Source: Candidatus Woesearchaeota archaeon (lineage in GTDB: Archaea; Nanobdellota; Nanobdellia; Woesearchaeales; GW2011-AR4). From it: 64,000 nt of DNA. Position 1 is the stretch's first letter, and each line of letters starts with the position of its first letter. The translations under genes were made by a program, and so were the position numbers. Positions 21,331-30,941 of this stretch are shown one piece after another. The DNA lies in NCBI GenBank assembly GCA_016180235.1, contig JACPBQ010000004.1, positions 34,940 to 98,939 of the forward strand. Reading direction: 5' to 3'. The notes under the pieces are model-generated. The model ran no database searches. It was not told the origin of the DNA and was given only the letters and a program-made list of their open reading frames with translations.

Positions 21331-22317
21331 TTGGTTTTGTGGCTATCGGGGGTTAAAATCAGCTCGAATATCATATTTCTCGGTACTGGCGGGGACAGCT
21401 ATGTTGTAGGCAAGCAGCTAAGGGCTTCAGGCGGCATAATCCTGCAGATTGGGGAGGACCAGTTTCATATCGACCCGGGACCTGGCGCACTTAACATGGC
21501 GGCACATACGGGAATCAATCTGAGGGCAAATACCGCTTTATTGGTTTCCCACAACCACATAAACCACTGCAATGACATCAATGCGGTAATAGATGCAATG
21601 ACCTATGGGGGCTTTGACAAGAAAGGCGTTCTTGTGGCAAATAACACTTCAGTAAACGGCAGCGAATTTTATACCCCGTTCCTGCATAAATATTACCGCG
21701 ATTTTCTTGAAAGGTTCATTGTGCTGGAAGAAGGAAAAAGAGTAGGGATAAACAACGTGGAGATACTTGCGTTAAAGGCAAAGCATTCGGAGCCAAATGC
21801 TTTGGGATTCAAGTTCATAGCGCCAGAATACACCCTGACCTATTCCGGAGACACTATGTACAGCGTAGAGACTATAGAGCAATATGATGATTCCAATGTT
21901 CTAATCCTGAATGTGCCTTACCTTAAGAGAGAGGAGGGAAAGGAAAATCTGTGCAAGGAAGATGCAATAAAAATAATAAGCAGGGTAAAGCCGAGACTGG
22001 CAATAATAACCCATTTTGGCGCGAATTTCCTTAAAGCTGACCCCTTGTATGAAGTAAGGGATATACAAAAAGAAACAGGGGTGCAGACAATAGCTGCAAA
22101 GGACGGAATGGTTGTCAACCCCGTAAGCTATTCTGTCGAGCAGGGGCAGAAGACACTGTACAAATACGCAAGGGAGGAAGGCATAAGGGTGCAGGAATAT
22201 GCAAAAAAAGAGCAGGAAAAAGTCAAGGAACTGAACGAGATGATTGAGAAGCAGACTAAGCTTGAAGATTCCTACTATAATTCTGTAGCGGAGAACACAA
22301 ATAATCAATCAAGATAG
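21331..22317 (+). CDS. MBL-fold metallo-hydrolase
   Basis: IFLGTGG, IDPGPG, SHNHINH (HxHxDH variant), YSGDT, ITHFG; start codon uncertain. Confidence 0.85.
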   Translation: MVLWLSGVKISSNIIFLGTGGDSYVVGKQLRASGGIILQIGEDQFHIDPGPGALNMAAHTGINLRANTALLVSHNHINHCNDINAVIDAMTYGGFDKKGVLVANNTSVNGSEFYTPFLHKYYRDFLERFIVLEEGKRVGINNVEILALKAKHSEPNALGFKFIAPEYTLTYSGDTMYSVETIEQYDDSNVLILNVPYLKREEGKENLCKEDAIKIISRVKPRLAIITHFGANFLKADPLYEVRDIQKETGVQTIAAKDGMVVNPVSYSVEQGQKTLYKYAREEGIRVQEYAKKEQEKVKELNEMIEKQTKLEDSYYNSVAENTNNQSR

Positions 22318-22381
22318 TTTGTGCTCTCCTGATATAGCAAATGCCATTCTGTGCTTAATTATTTAGGGCATTTGCTATAAG

Positions 22382-23332
22382 TCAGAAAACAAGCAAAATA
22401 ACTAAATAACCAATAAAGCACCCTGCAGTAAGGTATGGCATTGCCGGGTAAAACTTGTCCTGCTTGCCCTTGAAAAGCAAAAAGGATAATGCAAAAGTCA
22501 CAGCCAGTGAAATTATTGATGCTGCTCCCAAAGCAAGCGATTTGCTGAATCCATGCTCCTGAATCAGATTCAGCATCACAGATCCTGAAAAGATAAGAGG
22601 GAAGACTATATCGCCGCCGCCAAGGATTGCTGCCCTGACCCTTTCTTTGGCTTTCCCAAAAGTCTTTGAGGTTTCATAATTCGCTTTAATCTTATTTGGC
22701 CCATAAGGTATGCTCAGCCCGGCAAATGCCCTGCTTTCAGTCTGGAATTTTGCAATTTTTATCATATGCTTCGATTTCCATACAGCGAACATGTCATATA
22801 CGGAAATAACGATCAGCAGTACAAACGCTGCCAAAAGCCATCCATCAAACAAGGATACAAGAAGCACAGAAATCCCGGAATAAACAAAAATTTCGGTTAT
22901 ATTATGGATGTACATATTTCTTTTTTTAACCTTAAAATAAGCCAGGAAAACAGCCAGAATGAGGGCGATTATGTAGTTTGCAGCTTTGCTAAAAAAATTG
23001 ATATAAACGCCGAATGTCACCATCATTGTGATAATAACTGCAACAATATACCAATACCTGAATAAAAATCCAAACTTCAGCTTCATGAGCAGGAGCAAAA
23101 TTGCTGTTCCGGCTAAAATCGCTGCTGTGAGAATAATCACTGATTGCGCTCCACTATCGCTTTTTGGCGGCTTCCCCACTACCGTATCCTTGTGGTCTAT
23201 TGCCGTAGTAACGATGCCATCAACTATTGCCTTTTTCACATCCAGATTGTTGGAGATTGTAGCTAAACCAAATAACTGGGTTGCAAGAAACAGCACAATC
23301 ATTATTATCGTGATCTTTAATGTATGCTTCAT
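22382..23332 (-). CDS. Presenilin-like GxGD intramembrane aspartyl protease (PSH)
   Basis: SVYDMFAVWKSKHM, LGGGD, YPAMP; multiple TMs. Confidence 0.92.
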   Translation of the reverse strand: MKHTLKITIIMIVLFLATQLFGLATISNNLDVKKAIVDGIVTTAIDHKDTVVGKPPKSDSGAQSVIILTAAILAGTAILLLLMKLKFGFLFRYWYIVAVIITMMVTFGVYINFFSKAANYIIALILAVFLAYFKVKKRNMYIHNITEIFVYSGISVLLVSLFDGWLLAAFVLLIVISVYDMFAVWKSKHMIKIAKFQTESRAFAGLSIPYGPNKIKANYETSKTFGKAKERVRAAILGGGDIVFPLIFSGSVMLNLIQEHGFSKSLALGAASIISLAVTFALSFLLFKGKQDKFYPAMPYLTAGCFIGYLVILLVF

Positions 23333-23469
23333 TCTCCCGCTTAAAAAGCCGGTTTATTTAAATATTTGTTTTGAGCCGGCAAAATAAAAATGCCGCTCAT
23401 ACCAAACCACCAATGCCAAAAATATTCTTTGAAACCACAATTCAAAAAATTTATAAATAACATCCTTCA

Positions 23470-23916
23470 TTGTTAAGAAAGATGACAAGCAGCAAAAGCA
23501 CAAAACAAGAACTGATAAAAAAATATTTTACAATAGACGAGGCTGAGGAATTGCTTCCAAGGCTGGAAAGAGTCCTGAGAAGGACCATAAAGCTGAATAA
23601 AGCCCTGGACCTGCTGAGCTCCATTGAAATCGAGGTCTACGACGATGATTATGACAATTTAAAAAGGATTACAAAGCTTAACAAGCAGTTCCACAAGCTT
23701 TCCCACGAGTTCTATGCAAGCATTGAGAAGATAGAGGACATCGGAGGCATAATAAAAGACCTTGAGACAGGCATAATAGATTTTTATTCCAAATTCGAAG
23801 GCAGGGAGATATTTCTGTGCTGGAAGCTGGGCGAGAGAAAAATAAGATTCTGGCATGAAGTGGATTCCGGATATGAGGGAAGAAAGCCGATTCTTGACCT
23901 GAACAGGAAGATATAG
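23470..23916 (+). CDS. DUF2203 family protein
   Basis: FTIDEAEELLP, KDLETGIIDF, LCWKLGE...WHE...GYEGRKPI. Confidence 0.85.
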   Translation: MLRKMTSSKSTKQELIKKYFTIDEAEELLPRLERVLRRTIKLNKALDLLSSIEIEVYDDDYDNLKRITKLNKQFHKLSHEFYASIEKIEDIGGIIKDLETGIIDFYSKFEGREIFLCWKLGERKIRFWHEVDSGYEGRKPILDLNRKI

Positions 23917-23960
23917 TTAGGTTTTTAAACCGCACATATTTACTTACAGCTGTTTCTAAG

Positions 23961-25016
23961 ATGAGGAGAATATCAAGGAAAGTAAAAGTCGGGAATATGC
24001 ATATCGGCGGCAATGCGGATATAAGCATACAGTCAATGACGACTACAGACACTACTGATGTTGATGCGACTATCAGACAAGTACACGGACTTGAGGAAGT
24101 AGGCTGCGAGATAATAAGGGTTTCTGCCCCGACTATTGAGGCTGCTTACGCGTTGAAGGAGATTAAAAAAAATATTTCTATTCCGCTGGTGGCTGATATA
24201 CATTTTGATTACAGGATAGCATTGGAAGCTGCAAAGCATGTTGACAAATTAAGGATCAATCCGGGGAACATAGGGAATGAGGAAAAAGTCAAATTAGTTG
24301 TCAAGGCTGCAAAAGATTTTGGGATTCCTATAAGAGTCGGGGTAAATTTAGGCTCTTTGGAAAGGGATTTGTTTGATAAGTATGGCTATTCGGCAGAGGC
24401 GATGGTCGAGAGCGCAATGAGGCATGTCAAAATCCTTGAAGGCCTGGATTTTTATGATACTGTTGTCTCTTTAAAAGCAAGCGATGTGACTCGCATGGTA
24501 GAGGCTTACAGATTGTTTGCCGCTAAAACAGACTATCCGCTGCATCTTGGGGTTACAGAAGCCGGGAGCAAGCTGCCGGGCTCAATTAAATCAGCAATGG
24601 GTTTCGGCATACTTTTAACTGAGGGCATAGGGGATACAATAAGGGTTTCCCTGTCAGAAGAGCCAAAAGAGGAAGTGAGGGCAGCCAAATTGATCTTAAG
24701 AAGCCTGGGATTGAAAAAAACAGGGGTTGAGGTCACTTCATGCCCAACATGCGCAAGAACTCATGTTGATGTGATTAAATTAGTTGAAGAATTAGAAAAT
24801 AAAACCGAGAAAATAAAAAAGCCGATTCATGTTGCTATAATGGGCTGCGCTGTCAATGGGCCTGGCGAAAGCAAGAAGGTTGATTTGGGGGTTGTTGGCG
24901 GGGCTGGAAATACAAACTTATTATACAAAGACGGGAAGATTGTCGGGAAAATAGAGCAATATAAGATTGTGGAAACTTTATTGAAAGAGATTGATGAATT
25001 GAACAAGGAACAATGA
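23961..25016 (+). CDS. ispG: HMBPP synthase IspG
   Basis: QSMT, PLVADIHF, RINPGN, RVGVNLGSL, PLHLGVTEAG, GIGDTIRVSL, CPTC...MGCAVNGPGE. Confidence 0.97.
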   Translation: MRRISRKVKVGNMHIGGNADISIQSMTTTDTTDVDATIRQVHGLEEVGCEIIRVSAPTIEAAYALKEIKKNISIPLVADIHFDYRIALEAAKHVDKLRINPGNIGNEEKVKLVVKAAKDFGIPIRVGVNLGSLERDLFDKYGYSAEAMVESAMRHVKILEGLDFYDTVVSLKASDVTRMVEAYRLFAAKTDYPLHLGVTEAGSKLPGSIKSAMGFGILLTEGIGDTIRVSLSEEPKEEVRAAKLILRSLGLKKTGVEVTSCPTCARTHVDVIKLVEELENKTEKIKKPIHVAIMGCAVNGPGESKKVDLGVVGGAGNTNLLYKDGKIVGKIEQYKIVETLLKEIDELNKEQ

Positions 25017-25068
25017 TTTTCCTTTGGATTTATTAGGATATAATCTTATAATCGTTGCATAGAACGGA

Positions 25069-25383
25069 TTAACTCTTAACAACCACTTTCTTCCTCTTAT
25101 TCAGCGGCTCTATGACCAAAGTGTCAAATAAGTCAACCATTTTTTTGACAAAAGGATTTGAGATATTTAGCTTGTAAAGCTTTGCGTTTCCTATATTCCT
25201 TGTGTTTTTGACTATATTTAATTCTATAAAATCATTCCAAATCCTGAATAATGTAGTTCTTCCAATGCCTGAGCCTTCTGCTATGTCTGATATTGAATAA
25301 TCCAATTCCCTACCTTCTATTAAGAACTCCAAAACCTTGATTTTGGGCGTGCTTCCTACTGCTTTTGTAAATATCGTTTCCAT
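25069..25383 (-). CDS. Winged-helix HTH protein, paralog of 19995..20360
   Basis: METIF...PKIKVLEFLIEGRELDYSISDIAEGSGIGRTTLFRIW; TATA box about 24 nt upstream of ATG 25383. Confidence 0.8.
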   Translation of the reverse strand: METIFTKAVGSTPKIKVLEFLIEGRELDYSISDIAEGSGIGRTTLFRIWNDFIELNIVKNTRNIGNAKLYKLNISNPFVKKMVDLFDTLVIEPLNKRKKVVVKS

Positions 25384-25487
25384 AGTAGTTAAATAACTAG
25401 AGTAATATTTAAATGTTTCTATTTTGGAACATATGTGTTTCATTCTTGGAGTAAAATCTTATATATTTACCTTTATTTGCTTTTTGA

Positions 25488-25745
25488 ATGGACAAAGAAT
25501 TTATCATGAAAAGGTTTTTAAGAAAACTTATCAACCTTGATATTTGGGGTGGAAGGCATACTGAATTAACCAATTTAAAGAAAGCGCTGCCCAAGCATAT
25601 AAGGGGAGAAAAAATAACTGAAGAAGTTATTAAAGAATTAGTTTCAAAAGAGTTCATAACAACAAAGCAATCAACTGGAGAGATTCATATATCATTAAAC
25701 TCAAAAAAACAGCAGGAAATTTATGAGTTTGTAAAAGAACAATGA
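25488..25745 (+). CDS. Small winged-helix-like protein, paralog of 19616..19903; stop overlaps the dxr start
   Basis: LRKL...WGGRHT...LKKALPKHIRG...TGEIHISLN; ATGA overlap with dxr. Confidence 0.78.
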   Translation: MDKEFIMKRFLRKLINLDIWGGRHTELTNLKKALPKHIRGEKITEEVIKELVSKEFITTKQSTGEIHISLNSKKQQEIYEFVKEQ

Positions 25746-26899
25746 AAAAACTATCAATTTTAGGCTCTACAGGCAGCATAGGCACACAAACACTGGATAT
25801 TGTGAAAAGCAATCCTTCTGAGTTTAAAATAGCCGGATTAACTACAAATAAAAACATTGAATTGCTAAAAAAGCAGATTATTGAGTTTAAGCCGGAAGCA
25901 GCTGCAGTAATGGACAGGGAAAAAGCTGATTTGTTAAAGGAAAAAGCGGATATTGATGTTTATTCCGGTATTGATGGGATAATAAAAATTGCAAAACTGA
26001 ATGATTCTGATACCGTTGTCAATGCATTGGTTGGCTCAATCGGGGTTTTGCCCACTATAGAAGCGATAAAAAGCAGAAAAAACATTGCCTTGGCAAATAA
26101 GGAAACTCTTGTAACAGCCGGCTCTATTGTAATGGATGAAATCAGAAAAAACAAAGCAAGCTTGATGCCGATTGATTCCGAGCATTCTGCCATATTTCAA
26201 TGCTTAAACGGGGAAAAAATTGAAGATGTAGAAAAAATAACAATAACCGCTTCCGGAGGGCCTTTTAGGGCTTATACAAAAGAGCAGATGGAAGATGCAA
26301 AGGCTAAAGATGCATTAAAGCACCCTACCTGGGCCATGGGAAACAAAATTACGATTGATTCCGCTACATTGATGAACAAGGGATTTGAGATCATTGAAAC
26401 GCACTGGCTTTATGGAATGAGCTATGATAAAATTGATGTTGTCATTCATCCGCAAAGCATAATACATTCTCTTGTTGAGTTTAAGGATAAATCCATTTTG
26501 GCTCAATTGGGCTATCCAAACATGAAGATTCCGATACAATACGCTTTAAGCTGGCCAAAAAGATTCAGTTCAAGGGAAAGGCAATTGAATCTGGCAGAAA
26601 TAAAAAACCTGAACTTTGAAAAGCCGGATTTTGAGAGGTTTCCGTGCTTAAATTATGCTTACGAAGCGGGTAAGATTGGAGGGACAATGCCTGCAGTCCT
26701 GAATGCGGCCAATGAGATTGCGGTCTATGCATTTTTAGAGAATAAAATTAAATTCCCGGATATTGCAAAAATAATCAAGTCAATGACAGACGGCCATAAA
26801 ACGATAAAAAATCCTGATTTAAATCAGATTTTGGATGTTGATAAAAAAACAAGGGAAGCTGCGAAAAAAGCAATTGAAAACAAGGAATATCAGCAATAA
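25742..26899 (+). CDS. dxr: 1-deoxy-D-xylulose-5-phosphate reductoisomerase
   Basis: LGSTGSIG, ALANKE, PIDSEHSAIFQ, TASGGPF, HPTWAMG.KITIDSATLMNKGFE, NAANE. Confidence 0.97.
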   Translation: MKKLSILGSTGSIGTQTLDIVKSNPSEFKIAGLTTNKNIELLKKQIIEFKPEAAAVMDREKADLLKEKADIDVYSGIDGIIKIAKLNDSDTVVNALVGSIGVLPTIEAIKSRKNIALANKETLVTAGSIVMDEIRKNKASLMPIDSEHSAIFQCLNGEKIEDVEKITITASGGPFRAYTKEQMEDAKAKDALKHPTWAMGNKITIDSATLMNKGFEIIETHWLYGMSYDKIDVVIHPQSIIHSLVEFKDKSILAQLGYPNMKIPIQYALSWPKRFSSRERQLNLAEIKNLNFEKPDFERFPCLNYAYEAGKIGGTMPAVLNAANEIAVYAFLENKIKFPDIAKIIKSMTDGHKTIKNPDLNQILDVDKKTREAAKKAIENKEYQQ

Positions 26900-27039
26900 A
26901 AAACGCCAAAGATAAAATATGCTATAGAATAAATATGAAATAGCCAATACTCAAAAATCAATAAAAAATGGCCGTATTAAATAAAAAACAATTAACAAAA
27001 GCCGAATAAAAATTACCAATAAAATAAAAAACCCTGAAA

Positions 27040-28191
27040 ATGAACATAGCAATCATTGTAGCTGGTGGCAAGGGAAAAAGGATGAAGAAAAGAGTCAATA
27101 AGCTATTTTTACTGCTGAACAAAGACCCAATAATATTCCATACACTGAAAATATTCAATGACTGCAAAAATATCAATAGAATAATCCTTGTTATAAATCC
27201 GGATGGTAGGGCTAAATTCAAATCGATAATCAAAAAAAATAAGTTTAGCAAAATAACCGATATTGTCGATGGAGGGCAAGAGAGGCAGGATTCGGTATAT
27301 AACGGGATAAAAGCCATTAAAAAGGCAGGTAATGAAGATATAATTCTAATCCACAATGCCAGCAATCCATTTGTAAATGATGATGTTATCAACAATTCAA
27401 TAAATGCCGCAAAAAAGTACGGGGCTGCGGTAGTGGGCTTTCCTGCTAAAGACACAATCAAGGTTGTTGAAGACGGATTTGTAAGACAGACAATTGACAG
27501 AAAATTGCTATGGCAAGTTCAAACACCGCAGGCAATGAAGTATTTTCTGGCGAAAAAGGCCTTTGAAATCGCTTACCGCGATGGCTACTACGGCACAGAT
27601 GATGTTTCCTTGGTCGAGAAGATTGGAGGGCAGGTAAAAGTTGTCTACTGCGACAGGAGCAACATAAAGATAACAGACCAACATGACCTTGCTTATTCCA
27701 ATAAGCTTGTAAATGCTTCAAGAATCGGTATTGGACTCGACAGCCACAAGTTTACAGATAAAAAGAAGCCATTAATAATAGGAGGAATAAAAATTTCCGA
27801 TAAAGACGGATTTGACGCAAATTCAGATGGAGATGTTGTTTTGCATGCGCTTTTTAACGCAATTAGTACTGCAATTGGAATGAAATCATTGGGATTTTAT
27901 GCCGACAAAATGTTTGAGAAAGGCATTACCGACAGCAAACAATATTTAAAATTAATTTTGGATAAGGTTGATAATAAAAATCTGAAAATAAGCAATGTTG
28001 CCGTAATGCTTGAGGGCAAGAAGCCAAAGATAGATGAGCATATTGACAAAATCAAAAAATCACTTTCCAAATTATTGAAGATAAAAGAAGAGAATATCGG
28101 GATTGCGGCAACTTCCGGAGAAGAGATGACTGAATTTGGAAAGGGGAATGGGATGGAGTGTATTTGTGTCGTTAGTTTAATAAAAAAATAG
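27040..28191 (+). CDS. ispDF: Bifunctional IspD/IspF fusion
   Basis: AGGKGKRM, GGQERQDSV, DTIK, QTPQ, TDD, NIKIT followed by RIGIGLDSH, SDGDVVLHA, ATSGE. Confidence 0.92.
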   Translation: MNIAIIVAGGKGKRMKKRVNKLFLLLNKDPIIFHTLKIFNDCKNINRIILVINPDGRAKFKSIIKKNKFSKITDIVDGGQERQDSVYNGIKAIKKAGNEDIILIHNASNPFVNDDVINNSINAAKKYGAAVVGFPAKDTIKVVEDGFVRQTIDRKLLWQVQTPQAMKYFLAKKAFEIAYRDGYYGTDDVSLVEKIGGQVKVVYCDRSNIKITDQHDLAYSNKLVNASRIGIGLDSHKFTDKKKPLIIGGIKISDKDGFDANSDGDVVLHALFNAISTAIGMKSLGFYADKMFEKGITDSKQYLKLILDKVDNKNLKISNVAVMLEGKKPKIDEHIDKIKKSLSKLLKIKEENIGIAATSGEEMTEFGKGNGMECICVVSLIKK

Positions 28192-28192
28192 G

Positions 28193-28966
28193 TTAAGGCT
28201 GTAAAACTTTAGTTACTTTTCTAAGTATTGTATGCTTAGGCTCTGCAGTTTCAAAACCTTGAGCTGCATAACATGCAAAAACAACGTCGGGCATAGTATG
28301 GCCCACTCTGGCTCCATTCATGCGAACTTTTGTGTCAAATGCTCCCTGAGACTTATGAAGGCCAACAGCACCGCCCATATAATTGTCATCCGGAGAATAA
28401 TCCTTGGGCATGGGAGAAAAGGTTAAAATATACCCAATGCCATTATGGGTTGGCAGCAAGTGCAGCCCGTGCCTATTCAGATAAAGGGCTTTTACATAGC
28501 TTATTACAGCTCCGGCTATTCCCCTGCCTTCAAATTCTTTTGCTGTGGTCAAGTCAACAAGCACCATGGCCCTGGGATCTCTTTCATCCCTTATTCTAAT
28601 CAGGCCATCATAACACCCACCAGCTATTTTATGTTCAATAATATACCTGCATACTGCCTCAGCTCTGGCTCTGTAGTTTTCATATCCAGCTTCTAAAATA
28701 GCGGCAGCGACATTCAATGATCTTGTCTGAAGCAGATTGGCAGGCTTGCCATCGATAAAAGACCCGATTGTCAATCCATCTGAAATTCTGCCTCTTAAGC
28801 CTTCCTCATCGGTTGAAGCAAATGGCCACGTTTCATTGAACATTTTCACGAATGCTGCTGCCTCTTCATCAGTAAGGCCATCATTACTAAGAACTCTTGA
28901 CTCCAGAAGAGACCTATCTTTAAGAGGAATAATGGCTGCGTTTGGATCTAAAACTGCCGGATTCAT
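28193..28966 (-). CDS. Hypothetical protein with GNAT-like acyl-CoA motif
   Basis: LVDLTTAKEFEGRGIAGAVI resembles GNAT motif A. Confidence 0.55.
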   Translation of the reverse strand: MNPAVLDPNAAIIPLKDRSLLESRVLSNDGLTDEEAAAFVKMFNETWPFASTDEEGLRGRISDGLTIGSFIDGKPANLLQTRSLNVAAAILEAGYENYRARAEAVCRYIIEHKIAGGCYDGLIRIRDERDPRAMVLVDLTTAKEFEGRGIAGAVISYVKALYLNRHGLHLLPTHNGIGYILTFSPMPKDYSPDDNYMGGAVGLHKSQGAFDTKVRMNGARVGHTMPDVVFACYAAQGFETAEPKHTILRKVTKVLQP

Positions 28967-29084
28967 AACTACTTGGCAAATTGGCTGATTTATAAATTTA
29001 TCGTCAAATCATTACTACAAAGTTGTTAAATTATCTTTATAACCATACAGCAACATTAATATATAAGCAAGAATATGAATTTAT

Positions 29085-29933
29085 ATGCACGTTAATTCAT
29101 ATGCAAAGGCAAATCTGTACCTAAAGATAGGCAAGAAGCTCAAGTCAGGCTACCATGACGTAGAATCCGTAATGCAGCTTGTCAAGCTTCATGACTCTAT
29201 TTCTTTTGAGAAGCTCAAGGAAGACAGGATAATAATAGAAAGCAACAACAGGGAGCTGGAAAACAAGAATAATCTTGCGTACAAGGCTGCTGAACTGCTG
29301 AAGAAAAAATTCAATGTAAAGGAGGGCATAAAGATAAGGGTTGACAAATCCATACCAATATCTGCAGGGCTTGGAGGCGGGAGCTCAAATGCCGCAGCAA
29401 CATTAGTTTTCCTTAACAAGCTATGGGGGCTGAAGCAAAGCCAGAAAAAGCTTGTTGAACTTGCAATAAAAATAGGCTCTGACGTGCCTTTTTTTATTTT
29501 CGGGAATACGGCCTTGGTAGAAGGCATCGGGGAGAAGGTAAAGCCGTTAAAAAAAACAGCCTCAATAAACATAGTCCTTGTAAACCCGGGGATAAAAGTG
29601 GCAACAACAAAAGCATATGGGTGGTTTGACAAGGCAAAAGCAAAGCCTAAAAGCAAAAAAAGCGCCAAGCAGGTCATAGATGCGATAACCAAGAAAAACA
29701 TAAAGAAAATTGCAGAGGGCATGCACAATGATTTTGATGGGATAGTAGAAAAAAAGCACAGCATAATAAAGGAAATAAAGACAAATTTCAGGAAGTTTGA
29801 TGCATTGAACTCCATGGTAGTAGGTTCAGGGCCGACAGTCATAGGCGTGTTTGACAGCATATACTCGGCAAGAGAAGCCTACTTCAAGCTCAAGGACCTT
29901 TACCCTTTTGTCTATTTAACGAAAACCTTCTAA
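29085..29933 (+). CDS. ispE: CDP-ME kinase IspE
   Basis: AKANLYL...GYH, IPISAGLGGGSSNAA, GSDVPFF, GSGPTV. Confidence 0.95.
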   Translation: MHVNSYAKANLYLKIGKKLKSGYHDVESVMQLVKLHDSISFEKLKEDRIIIESNNRELENKNNLAYKAAELLKKKFNVKEGIKIRVDKSIPISAGLGGGSSNAAATLVFLNKLWGLKQSQKKLVELAIKIGSDVPFFIFGNTALVEGIGEKVKPLKKTASINIVLVNPGIKVATTKAYGWFDKAKAKPKSKKSAKQVIDAITKKNIKKIAEGMHNDFDGIVEKKHSIIKEIKTNFRKFDALNSMVVGSGPTVIGVFDSIYSAREAYFKLKDLYPFVYLTKTF

Positions 29934-29978
29934 CTGATTTCCACAAACCTTTTAAACCAAGATAAGATACTTCTGGCC

Positions 29979-30941
29979 ATGGAAATTATGGTGGCAAAGC
30001 ACGCAGGATTCTGCTTTGGGGTAAAAAGGGCAATAGACATAGCAGAGGAAGTTGCCAGCAAGAACAAAGGCAAGACTTACGTCTATGGGCAGCTAGTGCA
30101 TAATGAAAGGGTAATAGAGGATCTAGAAAAAAAAGGCATAGAGTTCGTTGATGACATAGAAAATATCCCGCAAAGCGCAGTCACAGTCCTAAGGGCCCAC
30201 GGAGAGCCCGGGACAACATACCAGCAGCTAAAAGAAAAAAACATCAATAAAAATGATAAGCTGAATGATGCGACATGCCCCCTGGTGACTCTGGTACATA
30301 ACGTTGCCATCAAGCTGAAAAACAACGGCTATGACATAATTCTTTTCGGGAAAAAAGACCATCCTGAAGCAATAGGCACAAGCTACCACATAAAAGGAAA
30401 GGATACTTTCGTCGCGGAAAAGCCGGAGCATGCCAAAGAGCTAGCTGAGCATATTAAAAAAAATGATTTTAAAAAAGTTGCGATAATATCGCAGACAACA
30501 ATGTCAGTAAACGGGTACAAGGAATTAATAGAGAATATAAACGACCTGATGGAAAGCAAATTTGAAGAATTGCACCTGAGCCTTAATGACCTGTCAAAGC
30601 CCCATGTTTTTGTTGACACAATATGCAACCCTACAAAGCAGCGGCAGCTAGGAACCGAGGAGATTGCAAAAAAAGCAGACATAATGATTGTTATCGGCGG
30701 CAGGAACTCAAGCAATTCAAAAGAGCTTGCGGCAAAGTCAAGAAGCTATGGCGTAAAAACGCATTTTATACAAGAAGCAAGACAGCTTAAGGAAGAATGG
30801 TTCGACGGCAGGGAAAAAATAGGGGTCAGCGCCGGGGCATCGACACCGGACATCACGATTAATGAGGTTGTTGAGAGGATAAAAGATATAGGTGCTGTGC
30901 AAGAAAAAGAAAAGCGGATAAACACTGAAATTTTGGGATGA
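29979..30941 (+). CDS. ispH: HMBPP reductase IspH
   Basis: GFCFGVKRA, VHN, RAHG, DATCP, HPE, SQTT, DTICNPT..RQ, SSNS, AGASTP. Confidence 0.97.
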   Translation: MEIMVAKHAGFCFGVKRAIDIAEEVASKNKGKTYVYGQLVHNERVIEDLEKKGIEFVDDIENIPQSAVTVLRAHGEPGTTYQQLKEKNINKNDKLNDATCPLVTLVHNVAIKLKNNGYDIILFGKKDHPEAIGTSYHIKGKDTFVAEKPEHAKELAEHIKKNDFKKVAIISQTTMSVNGYKELIENINDLMESKFEELHLSLNDLSKPHVFVDTICNPTKQRQLGTEEIAKKADIMIVIGGRNSSNSKELAAKSRSYGVKTHFIQEARQLKEEWFDGREKIGVSAGASTPDITINEVVERIKDIGAVQEKEKRINTEILG

